DNA of 64,000 nucleotides from Actinomycetota bacterium (GTDB lineage: Bacteria > Actinomycetota > Thermoleophilia > RBG-16-64-13): positions 112,229 through 176,228 of the forward strand of contig JADQBG010000010.1 of the NCBI GenBank assembly GCA_016278725.1. The letters run 5' to 3'. This document shows positions 27,800 through 35,450 of the stretch, one piece after another. The notes beneath the pieces were generated by a model. That model made no database searches and was not told where the DNA came from. It saw nothing but the letters and a program-made list of their open reading frames with translations. A program made the translations under genes and the position numbers. Each line of letters begins with the position of its first letter. Positions within the stretch are counted from its first letter, which is position 1.

Positions 27800-29864
27800 G
27801 CCCCTGTTACAGCCGGACTGGATGATGAGCGGGCGCCGCTCGCTGATGGTTTTTCTCGTGCTGGGTGCGTTCATCGTACTGGGCGGACTGACACTGTTTT
27901 CGCCGGAGGGGCCCAGCGACGCCCACGCCCTTTCGCAGTGGGTGCACGCCACGGCGCAGGACTGCGCGGACTGCCACCACACCCAACCCATCGGCTCGTT
28001 CTTCCCCTGCCTGCGCTGCCACGTCACCCCCGAGGTGCCCAACACGGTCTGTCAGAGCTGCCACGCCAACAAGGTCACCGAAGCCGAGCCCTGCTGGTCC
28101 TGCCACGAGCCGGGGCAGGACATGCCCGCCTGGACGAGTGAGGCCTGCCAGCAGTGCCACGGCACCAATCCTCATCCCTTCTCCCAATTTCTGGGACAGC
28201 CGGACTGCACCCGCTGCCACGTTCAGCAGGACCCCTCGCCCCACCACGATGGGGCGGATCAGGTGGCGCCGGATTCCTGCCGCGACTGCCACGCGACCCC
28301 CCCAAGTCACAACGGGGTCGGCTGCACCAGTTGCCACAGCACGGAGACCCATCCCAGCTATCCGGAGGTGCCAACCACCTGCTTCCAGTGCCACGAGCCC
28401 GCCACCTTCGGGGGCCAGCCGAGTTGTCTTACCTGCCACTTTGGAGCGGCCAACTTTGGCGGGGTGGGGGACGACGACGTCCACGACACCTCGATCCCTG
28501 ACCCGCCGATCACCGGTGACAGCTGTACCTCCTGCCATGCCGGCTTCGAACGGCACGCCGGTGAGATCGACTGCGAGACGTGCCACTTCCAGGCCACCGC
28601 GTTCCACCACAACCGCGCTCCCGATCCCGGATATCGGGACTGTGAGACGTGTCACGGCGAGACGCCGCAGCACGGGCAACAGGATTTGCCCTGTCAACAG
28701 TGTCACCAGGACGCCATACACAACGTGAACCCGCAACCGCCGGGGCCCGGCGTCTGCAACATCTGCCATGCTCCCGCCAACTTCGGTGTCGGCGACTGCC
28801 TGGACTGCCACGCACCGCCGGTCTATCACGCGGATCCCACGGTGCCGGGATGCACCTCGCACCACGGCCCGACCCAGATTCACGACAACCTGGGCAGTTG
28901 TGAGTCGTGCCACACCAACCCGGCGGAAGGTCACCATCTCACCCAGGTGAACATCCCCGACTGCCGCGCTTGCCACGAGCAGGACTTCCACGTGGGACAG
29001 ATCGAATGCTCGCGCTGCCACCAGAACTCCGCCCACGACAACACGCCCAGGAACCTGCCGACCCCGGTTTGGGACGTCTGTCTGCAGTGCCACCCCTTCG
29101 CCGCCAAGGCTCCGGCCTGCTCGGAGTGCCACGACACTACCCAGCACAGCGCCACCTATCGGGTGCCGGACGACTGCAATGCCTGCCACGACAAAACCCT
29201 CCATGCGGGCAAGGTCCAATGCCAGAGCTGCCACACACGCATAGAGTCCGGCCACCACAACGACGGCCCGGTGACGGCACGGGCCTGCTCCGATTGCCAC
29301 GTGGGAGCGCAGGTGCATGCCGCTTCGACCGAAGGAGGTAGCGGCTTCAGCTGTTCGACCTGTCACGAGGGCGGAGTTCACGGAGTGGTCAAACTGCCCA
29401 ACCGCGAGCGCTGCCTGGAATGTCATGAGCAAGCGCCCGAACACGCAGCGGACCTCGAGTGCATTCAGTGTCACTGGCCCGCCGCCCACGACGCCAGCCC
29501 GGTCGCCGGCGAATTCGGCAACTACGAGCCCCTGGCCTTGCGTCTACCCCCCTCGGCCGGTGCGCCGGGCGATGAGGGAGAGACTCGGGACGAGTTCACC
29601 AACACCGGGGCTGATCTCAGGATCTACGTGCTCTTGGGCGGGGCCCTGATGATGGCCGGCTTGATGGCCCGCTACTGGCGGCGTCCGCAACCGCTGCTGC
29701 TGCCCGGTTCCCCGGCGCCGTCCGGCTCGCGAGTTCCTTCGGCTCCCGAAGCGCCCACTCGGGGGCGCGCTGCGACCCGCGCCGGAACCCCTGCCGCTAC
29801 CCCCCGGCCCAAGCGCGCGGGCAAGAAGGCGCCACGCGGCGGACGCAAAAGGCGCAAGCGCTAG
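27789..29864 (+). CDS. Secreted 27-heme cytochrome c with C-terminal sortase-like sorting signal
   Basis: Signal peptide ending AHA. 27 CxxCH motifs plus one CTSHH. FTNTG followed by a hydrophobic helix and an R/K-rich tail. Start probably 27789 or 27822. Confidence 0.9.
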   Translation: MAVRPLLQPDWMMSGRRSLMVFLVLGAFIVLGGLTLFSPEGPSDAHALSQWVHATAQDCADCHHTQPIGSFFPCLRCHVTPEVPNTVCQSCHANKVTEAEPCWSCHEPGQDMPAWTSEACQQCHGTNPHPFSQFLGQPDCTRCHVQQDPSPHHDGADQVAPDSCRDCHATPPSHNGVGCTSCHSTETHPSYPEVPTTCFQCHEPATFGGQPSCLTCHFGAANFGGVGDDDVHDTSIPDPPITGDSCTSCHAGFERHAGEIDCETCHFQATAFHHNRAPDPGYRDCETCHGETPQHGQQDLPCQQCHQDAIHNVNPQPPGPGVCNICHAPANFGVGDCLDCHAPPVYHADPTVPGCTSHHGPTQIHDNLGSCESCHTNPAEGHHLTQVNIPDCRACHEQDFHVGQIECSRCHQNSAHDNTPRNLPTPVWDVCLQCHPFAAKAPACSECHDTTQHSATYRVPDDCNACHDKTLHAGKVQCQSCHTRIESGHHNDGPVTARACSDCHVGAQVHAASTEGGSGFSCSTCHEGGVHGVVKLPNRERCLECHEQAPEHAADLECIQCHWPAAHDASPVAGEFGNYEPLALRLPPSAGAPGDEGETRDEFTNTGADLRIYVLLGGALMMAGLMARYWRRPQPLLLPGSPAPSGSRVPSAPEAPTRGRAATRAGTPAATPRPKRAGKKAPRGGRKRRKR

Positions 29865-30133
29865 AAGTCGACGAACTCCCCGTCGTGCTCCTGGCAGGAA
29901 AGCAGATCCAGGACCGAGCGGTCCTCCTGCACCTCGCCCACGAAGACGACCGAGGGCCCGGTGTAGAGAGTGACCCGGGCGCCCACGGGGAGCCGCAGCG
30001 GTTTTCCCTCCGTGTCGGTCAGCTCACGCAAGCGGGAGTGATCGGCCTCCCATTCCACGCGCGCAGACCCTATCGGGAAGGGTTCGGCCTCACCCACCCG
30101 CAACCGCGGTTCTTTGTCGGCGGTGATCTTCAT
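29861..30133 (-). CDS. Hypothetical 90-aa beta-rich protein
   Basis: Coherent ORF convergent with the cytochrome and preceded by a sigma-28-type promoter. Confidence 0.65.
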   Translation of the reverse strand: MKITADKEPRLRVGEAEPFPIGSARVEWEADHSRLRELTDTEGKPLRLPVGARVTLYTGPSVVFVGEVQEDRSVLDLLSCQEHDGEFVDF

Positions 30134-30140
30134 GATTGGG

Positions 30141-30168
30141 ATATCGGCCGGAGGGGCGGATTGGCTTA
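30141..30168 (-). promoter_or_regulatory. Sigma-28/WhiG-type promoter, probably giving a leaderless mRNA
   Basis: TAAG-16 nt-GCCGATAT, then 7 nt to the ATG at 30133; no Shine-Dalgarno. Confidence 0.6.
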
Positions 30169-30969
30169 AGCGGTCCGGCTCCGTGAGGCGCGCAGGGCGA
30201 TGAGCGCGGCCGCGGCTCCGGCCCCCACGCCGTTATCCACGTTTACGACCACCACTCCCGGCGAGCAGGTCTGGAGCATGGCGTAGAGGGCCGCGGTGCC
30301 GTCTCCTCCGACCCCGTAGCCGGTCGAGGTGGGTACTCCGATAACCGGCACGGATACCAGTCCGCCCACCACCGAGGGCAGCGCCCCCTCCATGCCTGCC
30401 ACGACGATGAGCGCGTCCACCTCGGCCCGCACCATGTCGGCCAGCGGTTCGAGCAGGCGGTGTACTCCGGAGACCCCCACGTCGAAAGCGCGTTCGGCGC
30501 CGACGCCCATGTGGCGCGCCACCAAAGCGGCCTCCTCGGCCACGGGGACGTCCGAGGTTCCGGCCGTCAGCACCCCGATCTTCCCCCCACCCTCGGGCGG
30601 GGCGTAGTCGGGGAGCGTCGCCTCGAGGGTCCGGTTCATGCGGGAATGATCGAGGATCACCCCGGGATGCTCCCGGCGCACCCGCTCCTCGAGCGGAACC
30701 AATCTGTCGGGTTCCAGGCGGCTGACCAGGGCCAAGCCCTTGGCGGTCAGGAAGCGGCTGACGATCGCGGCGAGAATCTCGTCATCCTTGCTGGGGGCGT
30801 AGATCACCTCGGGCACGGCTTTTCGCTCTCGCCGGCCGAGGTCCAGGCGGGCAAAGCCCTCCACCTCTGCGATCTGGAGCAGGGGCAGCAGGCCCAACGC
30901 CTCCTCGATTCCGATATCGCCCGCGGCCAGTTCCTCCAAGACGCGGCGCAGATTCAGATCGCCCCTCAC
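30166..30969 (-). CDS. larB: Nickel-pincer cofactor biosynthesis carboxylase LarB (PurE-like)
   Basis: ARLD..R..R..PEVIY..SK, AGTSDVPVAEEA, DVGVSGVHR, AGMEGALPSV, PTS.GYG and C..G..VVNVDNG motifs. Confidence 0.92.
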   Translation of the reverse strand: MRGDLNLRRVLEELAAGDIGIEEALGLLPLLQIAEVEGFARLDLGRRERKAVPEVIYAPSKDDEILAAIVSRFLTAKGLALVSRLEPDRLVPLEERVRREHPGVILDHSRMNRTLEATLPDYAPPEGGGKIGVLTAGTSDVPVAEEAALVARHMGVGAERAFDVGVSGVHRLLEPLADMVRAEVDALIVVAGMEGALPSVVGGLVSVPVIGVPTSTGYGVGGDGTAALYAMLQTCSPGVVVVNVDNGVGAGAAAALIALRASRSRTA

Positions 30970-31859
30970 GGCGCCCGCCAGCCCGATCTCTCCAACAGGC
31001 GCAGAGTATTGCCGCCGAAGATCGGTCCGCGCAGGCCGGGATCGAGGTCGTCGGTGTCGCTCAGATAGCGCCCGGGCGAGATCAGGGGGAAATCGCTGCC
31101 GAAAAGGATTTTATCCGGCCCGGCGGCGCTTGCAGCCAGAGAGTAGATGTCGCGGCGGTAGAGGTAGGGCGCGGCCGAGGTGTCGTAATAGACTCGGGCC
31201 AAGGTCTCCTTGGCCTTGGGCATCATCTCGTAGAAAAAGAGGCCGCCGCCCATGTGCGCGTAGATGATGTCCAGGTCGGGATGCCGCTCGGCGAACCGGT
31301 AACAGGGACCCGGGGTGTTGTCGCCTTTGCCGGGATACTTGTGGCCTACCGGCTCGTTGGAGTGCACCATCAGCAAGGCGTCCCGCTCGCGCAAGGCATC
31401 GGCAATCAGATCGAGTCCGGATGGCTCCCCCAGCTCGAAGCGCTGACCGTCCGGGAAGAGCTCGCCGCAACCCACCAGACCGGCGTCCAGGGTGCGCTCG
31501 ACCTCGTCAAGGGCTCCGGGCTGCTCCGGCGAGACGCTCGTCAGCCCGGCCAACCTTGCCGGATAGGCCCGCACCGCCTCGATCACGTAATCGTTGATCT
31601 CGCGGCAGAGCCCCTGGTCCTCGAAGGCGAAGCCGAAGATGACGGACAGATCCACGCCGGTCGCGTCCATCTCGGCCACCACCTGCTCGAAGGTGACCAT
31701 CCGCGCCTTGGGGTCCGTGTACAGGGTGCGGAACCACAGGTCCCGCTCCAGGTACTCCTCGCGGCGGGCGATCATCTCCGGGGTGAAGACGTGGACGTGG
31801 GCGTCGATGATGGGGGTTCGGCCGCCTGACGGTGGCCATCCCGGTGTTTGCCGGCTGAT
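30966..31859 (-). CDS. Amidohydrolase_2 family protein, probable non-canonical ATC start
   Basis: In-frame IIDAHVH metal motif lies upstream of the track's ATG (31775). GELFP, VHSNEP, AHMGGG, DTSA and FGSDFP motifs. AGGAGGGG RBS before ATC at 31859. Confidence 0.85.
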   Translation of the reverse strand: MSRQTPGWPPSGGRTPIIDAHVHVFTPEMIARREEYLERDLWFRTLYTDPKARMVTFEQVVAEMDATGVDLSVIFGFAFEDQGLCREINDYVIEAVRAYPARLAGLTSVSPEQPGALDEVERTLDAGLVGCGELFPDGQRFELGEPSGLDLIADALRERDALLMVHSNEPVGHKYPGKGDNTPGPCYRFAERHPDLDIIYAHMGGGLFFYEMMPKAKETLARVYYDTSAAPYLYRRDIYSLAASAAGPDKILFGSDFPLISPGRYLSDTDDLDPGLRGPIFGGNTLRLLERSGWRAP

Positions 31860-31869
31860 GGTTCCCCTC

Positions 31870-32814
31870 CTAGTGCTTGGGCAAGAGTGCGGTCTTCAGG
31901 ATCCGCTCCACCAGTTCAGGATAGTCGATTCCGGCCGCCCGGGCCTGGGCCGGAAGGTCGCTCAGATCGGTCATCCCGGGCAGCGTGTTGACCTCGGTGA
32001 ACTGGCAGGTGCCGTCGGCCTCCACCATGAAGTCCACCCGGGCATAGCCGCTGCAGCCCAGGATGCGGAAGGCCTCGACGGAGAGGCGCATGGCCTCTCG
32101 GGTGACCTCGTCGGAGAGACGGGCGGGGATGATGAACTCGGTCATCCCGTGCGTGTATTTGGCTTCGTAGTCGTAGAAATCGTTCTTGGGAACCAGTTCC
32201 AGAATGGGCAGAGCCACGATCCCCTCGGGACCTTCGAGCACGCCCACGGTGATCTCCATCCCGGAGACGAAGGCCTCGACGAACAAAGGCCCGTAGCGCG
32301 CGCGATCCTGCTCGATTGCGTGGACCACATCCGCCTCGCCGTAGCATTTGCGCACGCCCACGCTCGAGCCTTCCTCAACCGGCTTCACCATGACCGGGAA
32401 GCCCAACTCGCGCGCCACCCGGGCGGCCAACTCGGCGGGATCGGCGTCGGCGGAAACCTCGATAAAGTCAGGAGTGGGCAGTCCGCTCTGCCGGACCACC
32501 TTCTTGCAGCAGACTTTGTGCATGGCCAAGGCCGACGCCAGGACACCCGAGCCGGTGTAGGGAATGTCCAGCAACTCCAGCATGCCCTGGATGGTCCCAT
32601 CCTCGCCGAAACGTCCGTGCAGGGCGAGAAAGGCGACCTCTATCTGCTCTTCGTCGAGGCGTTGGGCGACGTCGCGCACCGCATCGACTGCGACGGCGTG
32701 GTAGCCCTTCTCCTGCAGCGCCTTCAGGCACATGGCACCTGAACGAAGGGAGACCTCCCGTTCCACCGAGAGACCTCCCATGAGAACGCCGATCTTCTTG
32801 AGCTTCAGATCCAC
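31870..32814 (-). CDS. ddl: D-alanine--D-alanine ligase
   Basis: GG.S.EREVSL.SG, LHG.FGEDG.IQG, KP.EEGSS, FYDYEAKY and EVNTLPGMT motifs. Confidence 0.96.
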   Translation of the reverse strand: MDLKLKKIGVLMGGLSVEREVSLRSGAMCLKALQEKGYHAVAVDAVRDVAQRLDEEQIEVAFLALHGRFGEDGTIQGMLELLDIPYTGSGVLASALAMHKVCCKKVVRQSGLPTPDFIEVSADADPAELAARVARELGFPVMVKPVEEGSSVGVRKCYGEADVVHAIEQDRARYGPLFVEAFVSGMEITVGVLEGPEGIVALPILELVPKNDFYDYEAKYTHGMTEFIIPARLSDEVTREAMRLSVEAFRILGCSGYARVDFMVEADGTCQFTEVNTLPGMTDLSDLPAQARAAGIDYPELVERILKTALLPKH

Positions 32815-32918
32815 GCCGCCACTGTACCATGAGGCTTCGGTGGCGGGATGGTGGGCGGGGCCGAGGCGCGACGAGCGGTGGAAAGCGCGGCAGGCCCGCG
32901 GCGGGGAGCGCGGCGCTT

Positions 32919-33821
32919 CTAACCGACCGCTACCTGCGGCTCGGGTTGTGGCTGCGGCAGTTGGCGGTGGGCGGCGGCAGGTTCTCCGTCAGCCGCCTGG
33001 CGACGAGGCAGGACCGAGGCCGCCGCAGTCGCAAGCAATGCTTCTGCTTCCATGCCGTCTCGGGGACCCAAGGCGTAGCCGACTTCACACTCAACCCGTC
33101 TCCCTTCGATGAGTTTCCCGCGGACCGACCGGGCAACGGAGGCGGCAGTCTCCGCCGCCTGGATCGGCCCGCAGGCGGGGAGGAGGAAAGCGATGGAATC
33201 TTCGGAGAGACGGAAGCCCTCACCCTCGGCCCCGACCTCTCGGCCGGACCGACGGCAAATGCAATTGAGGGCCCGGTGCGCGGAGTCTTCGCCGAAGTAA
33301 TCGACCAGTTCGCGGTAGCGGCGAATCCGCACGGTCACCAGGCCGAAGGATTTCTTCCTCGCCAGGGCCAGTTCCAGTTCGTCCTCTACCGCACGAGCGA
33401 AGCGGTGTGCCGAGAGAAAGCCGGTGACCGGGTCGACGAGCGCCTGGGATGTGTGCAACCGGGCAAGCCGGCGCCGGCGCTGCAGGATGGCCGAGGAAGT
33501 TATCCCCACCACCCAGAGAACAGCCACCGGAGCGGCGAGCCACTCGGTTGTCCCCCAGATGACCAGCGGGAGAGTCATCGCCACATCGAACAGCGTGAGC
33601 AGGTAACCCAGTCCCTGATCGTCGGCAAAGATAACGGTTAGACGTATGGCCCAAATTGAATAGAGCACGAGGGCGGTCGAATAGAGGACAGAAAAAAGGC
33701 CCACCTCGATGCCGAATGCCGGTGGGCCGAAGAGGGCGAGAAACCCGAACACCAAGATCCTATAAAGGGCCTTCTGGTGCTCTCCGTTTGGATGAGACCG
33801 GGCTGTCGCTCGTGCACCCAA
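32919..33821 (-). CDS. Membrane protein with degenerate GGDEF domain
   Basis: About 4 TM helices, then DPVTG.L..RF. RLSEDS replaces RxGGDEF. Start uncertain: TTG at 33821 follows a TTGCTT-17-TATGCT promoter, while the track gives 33998. Confidence 0.75.
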   Translation of the reverse strand: MGARATARSHPNGEHQKALYRILVFGFLALFGPPAFGIEVGLFSVLYSTALVLYSIWAIRLTVIFADDQGLGYLLTLFDVAMTLPLVIWGTTEWLAAPVAVLWVVGITSSAILQRRRRLARLHTSQALVDPVTGFLSAHRFARAVEDELELALARKKSFGLVTVRIRRYRELVDYFGEDSAHRALNCICRRSGREVGAEGEGFRLSEDSIAFLLPACGPIQAAETAASVARSVRGKLIEGRRVECEVGYALGPRDGMEAEALLATAAASVLPRRQAADGEPAAAHRQLPQPQPEPQVAVG

Positions 33822-34010
33822 TGAAATTCTGGTTGCAGCATAAAACCTATGAACCGCTAAAGCAAGAAGAATTGCAAAATAAGTAAATGAAATATGGCGG
33901 GGGATGGGGGCGGCCCACCCCGCCGTTGCCCCAGCAAGTTTTCCATCAACTCCCAGCGGAGATGGATGCATCATCGGTCGAAGGCGGTCCGCCCCCAACC
34001 CAACCGGGAG

Positions 34011-35450
34011 ATGCAGTTGCGAGCTTTTGCGCAGGAAGTGCTTTCGTACTTGGACGGCCTCGCCTACGGCGATGTGCGCGTGGTGCGGATACGCTCCGAG
34101 TACCTGAAGCTAAAGAACGGCCGGCTCGAAGCCTGGAGTGACGAGGAGACTCTGGGCTTTGGAGTACGCGTGCTGGTCGACGGAGCATGGGGGTTCGCGT
34201 CTTCCCTGGAATTGAGCTCGATCGGCGGTCGCGAGGCGGCCGCGGAAGCCGTCCGGCGCGCCGCGGCCTCGGCCCGCGTGACCGCCGAACCGGTCCGTCT
34301 AGCTTCGGTGGCTCCTCACGTTGCCCAGGTCTTCTCCGATCCCGCGGAGTCGCCCTTCCTCCTCAGCCCCGAGAGCAAGCTGGAATTTCTCCACCAGGCC
34401 GCCGAGCCCCTGGTCGCGGCCGGGGTCACCTTCGCCACCGCCTCCTTGGGTGCCGTGGAAGAGGAAAAGGTCTTCGCCTCCACCGAAGGGAGCCTGATCG
34501 AGCAACGCCGCACCACGACCGGCGGCGGCATCGACGCAACCATGGTCCGTGACGGCGACGTGCAGATCCGCTCCTATCCCGCGGCGCACGATGGCGGTTG
34601 GGGGCTGGGCGGCTTCGAGTTGGTGCGGGCGTTCGATCTGGCCGGCAATGCCCCGCGCATAGCCGAGGAGGCGCGGGCGTTGCTCGACGCCGAAACCTGC
34701 CCCACTCTGCGTACCACCGTGATCCTGGACGCCGACCAGGTCGCCCTGCAGCTCCACGAGTCGATCGGCCATCCCACCGAACTCGACCGCATCCTGGGCA
34801 CCGAAGCCAGCTACGCCGGGACCAGCTTCGTTCACCTCGAGGATCTCGGCCACCTGCGCTACGGTTCGCCGCTGCTAAACGTGACCGCAGACGCGACCAC
34901 GGCCGGCGCCTTGGGCACCATCGCCTTCGACGACGAGGGCGTGGCCGGTCAGAGCGTTCCCCTGATTAGGAAAGGAATCCTGGTCGGCCTGCAATCCAGC
35001 CGCGAGACGGCGCCCCTCATCGGCCGGAGCTCCAGCGGGGCCATGCGGGCTTCGGGATGGAACCGAATCCCCCTGGTGCGCATGACCAACATCAACCTGG
35101 AGCCGGGCGAGTCCTCCCTGGAGCAGTTGATCGCGGAAACGGAGGAGGGGGTGCTGATGTCCACCAACAAGGGGTGGAGTATCGACGACCGCCGTCTGAA
35201 CTTCCACTTCGCCACCGAGATCGGCTGGAAGATCGAGAAGGGCGAACTCAAGCAGATGCTGCGCGACTGCACCTACTCCGGGGTGACTCCCGCATTCTGG
35301 GGATCGCTGGACGGGCTCGGCAAGGTCTCGGAACGCCGGGTGGTCGGCCTGACCAACTGCGGCAAGGGCGAGCCCGGCCAGTCGATGCCGGTGGCCCACG
35401 CGGTGGTACCGGCACGGTTTCGCTCCGTGGCGGTCGGGGAGGGCGAATGA
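34011..35450 (+). CDS. tldD: TldD metalloprotease subunit
   Basis: GVRVL..GAWGFAS, HESIGHPTE (HExxxH), FDDEGV, RMTN and NCGKG motifs. Start MQLRAF at 34011. Confidence 0.9.
   Translation: MQLRAFAQEVLSYLDGLAYGDVRVVRIRSEYLKLKNGRLEAWSDEETLGFGVRVLVDGAWGFASSLELSSIGGREAAAEAVRRAAASARVTAEPVRLASVAPHVAQVFSDPAESPFLLSPESKLEFLHQAAEPLVAAGVTFATASLGAVEEEKVFASTEGSLIEQRRTTTGGGIDATMVRDGDVQIRSYPAAHDGGWGLGGFELVRAFDLAGNAPRIAEEARALLDAETCPTLRTTVILDADQVALQLHESIGHPTELDRILGTEASYAGTSFVHLEDLGHLRYGSPLLNVTADATTAGALGTIAFDDEGVAGQSVPLIRKGILVGLQSSRETAPLIGRSSSGAMRASGWNRIPLVRMTNINLEPGESSLEQLIAETEEGVLMSTNKGWSIDDRRLNFHFATEIGWKIEKGELKQMLRDCTYSGVTPAFWGSLDGLGKVSERRVVGLTNCGKGEPGQSMPVAHAVVPARFRSVAVGEGE

Noticed and set aside
30166..32814. 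LarB and Ddl as a D-lactate / D-Ala-D-Lac vancomycin-resistance module
   Set aside because: The Ddl omega loop reads FYDYEAKY (Tyr, D-Ala-D-Ala type) rather than Phe, and no larA or van genes are present.
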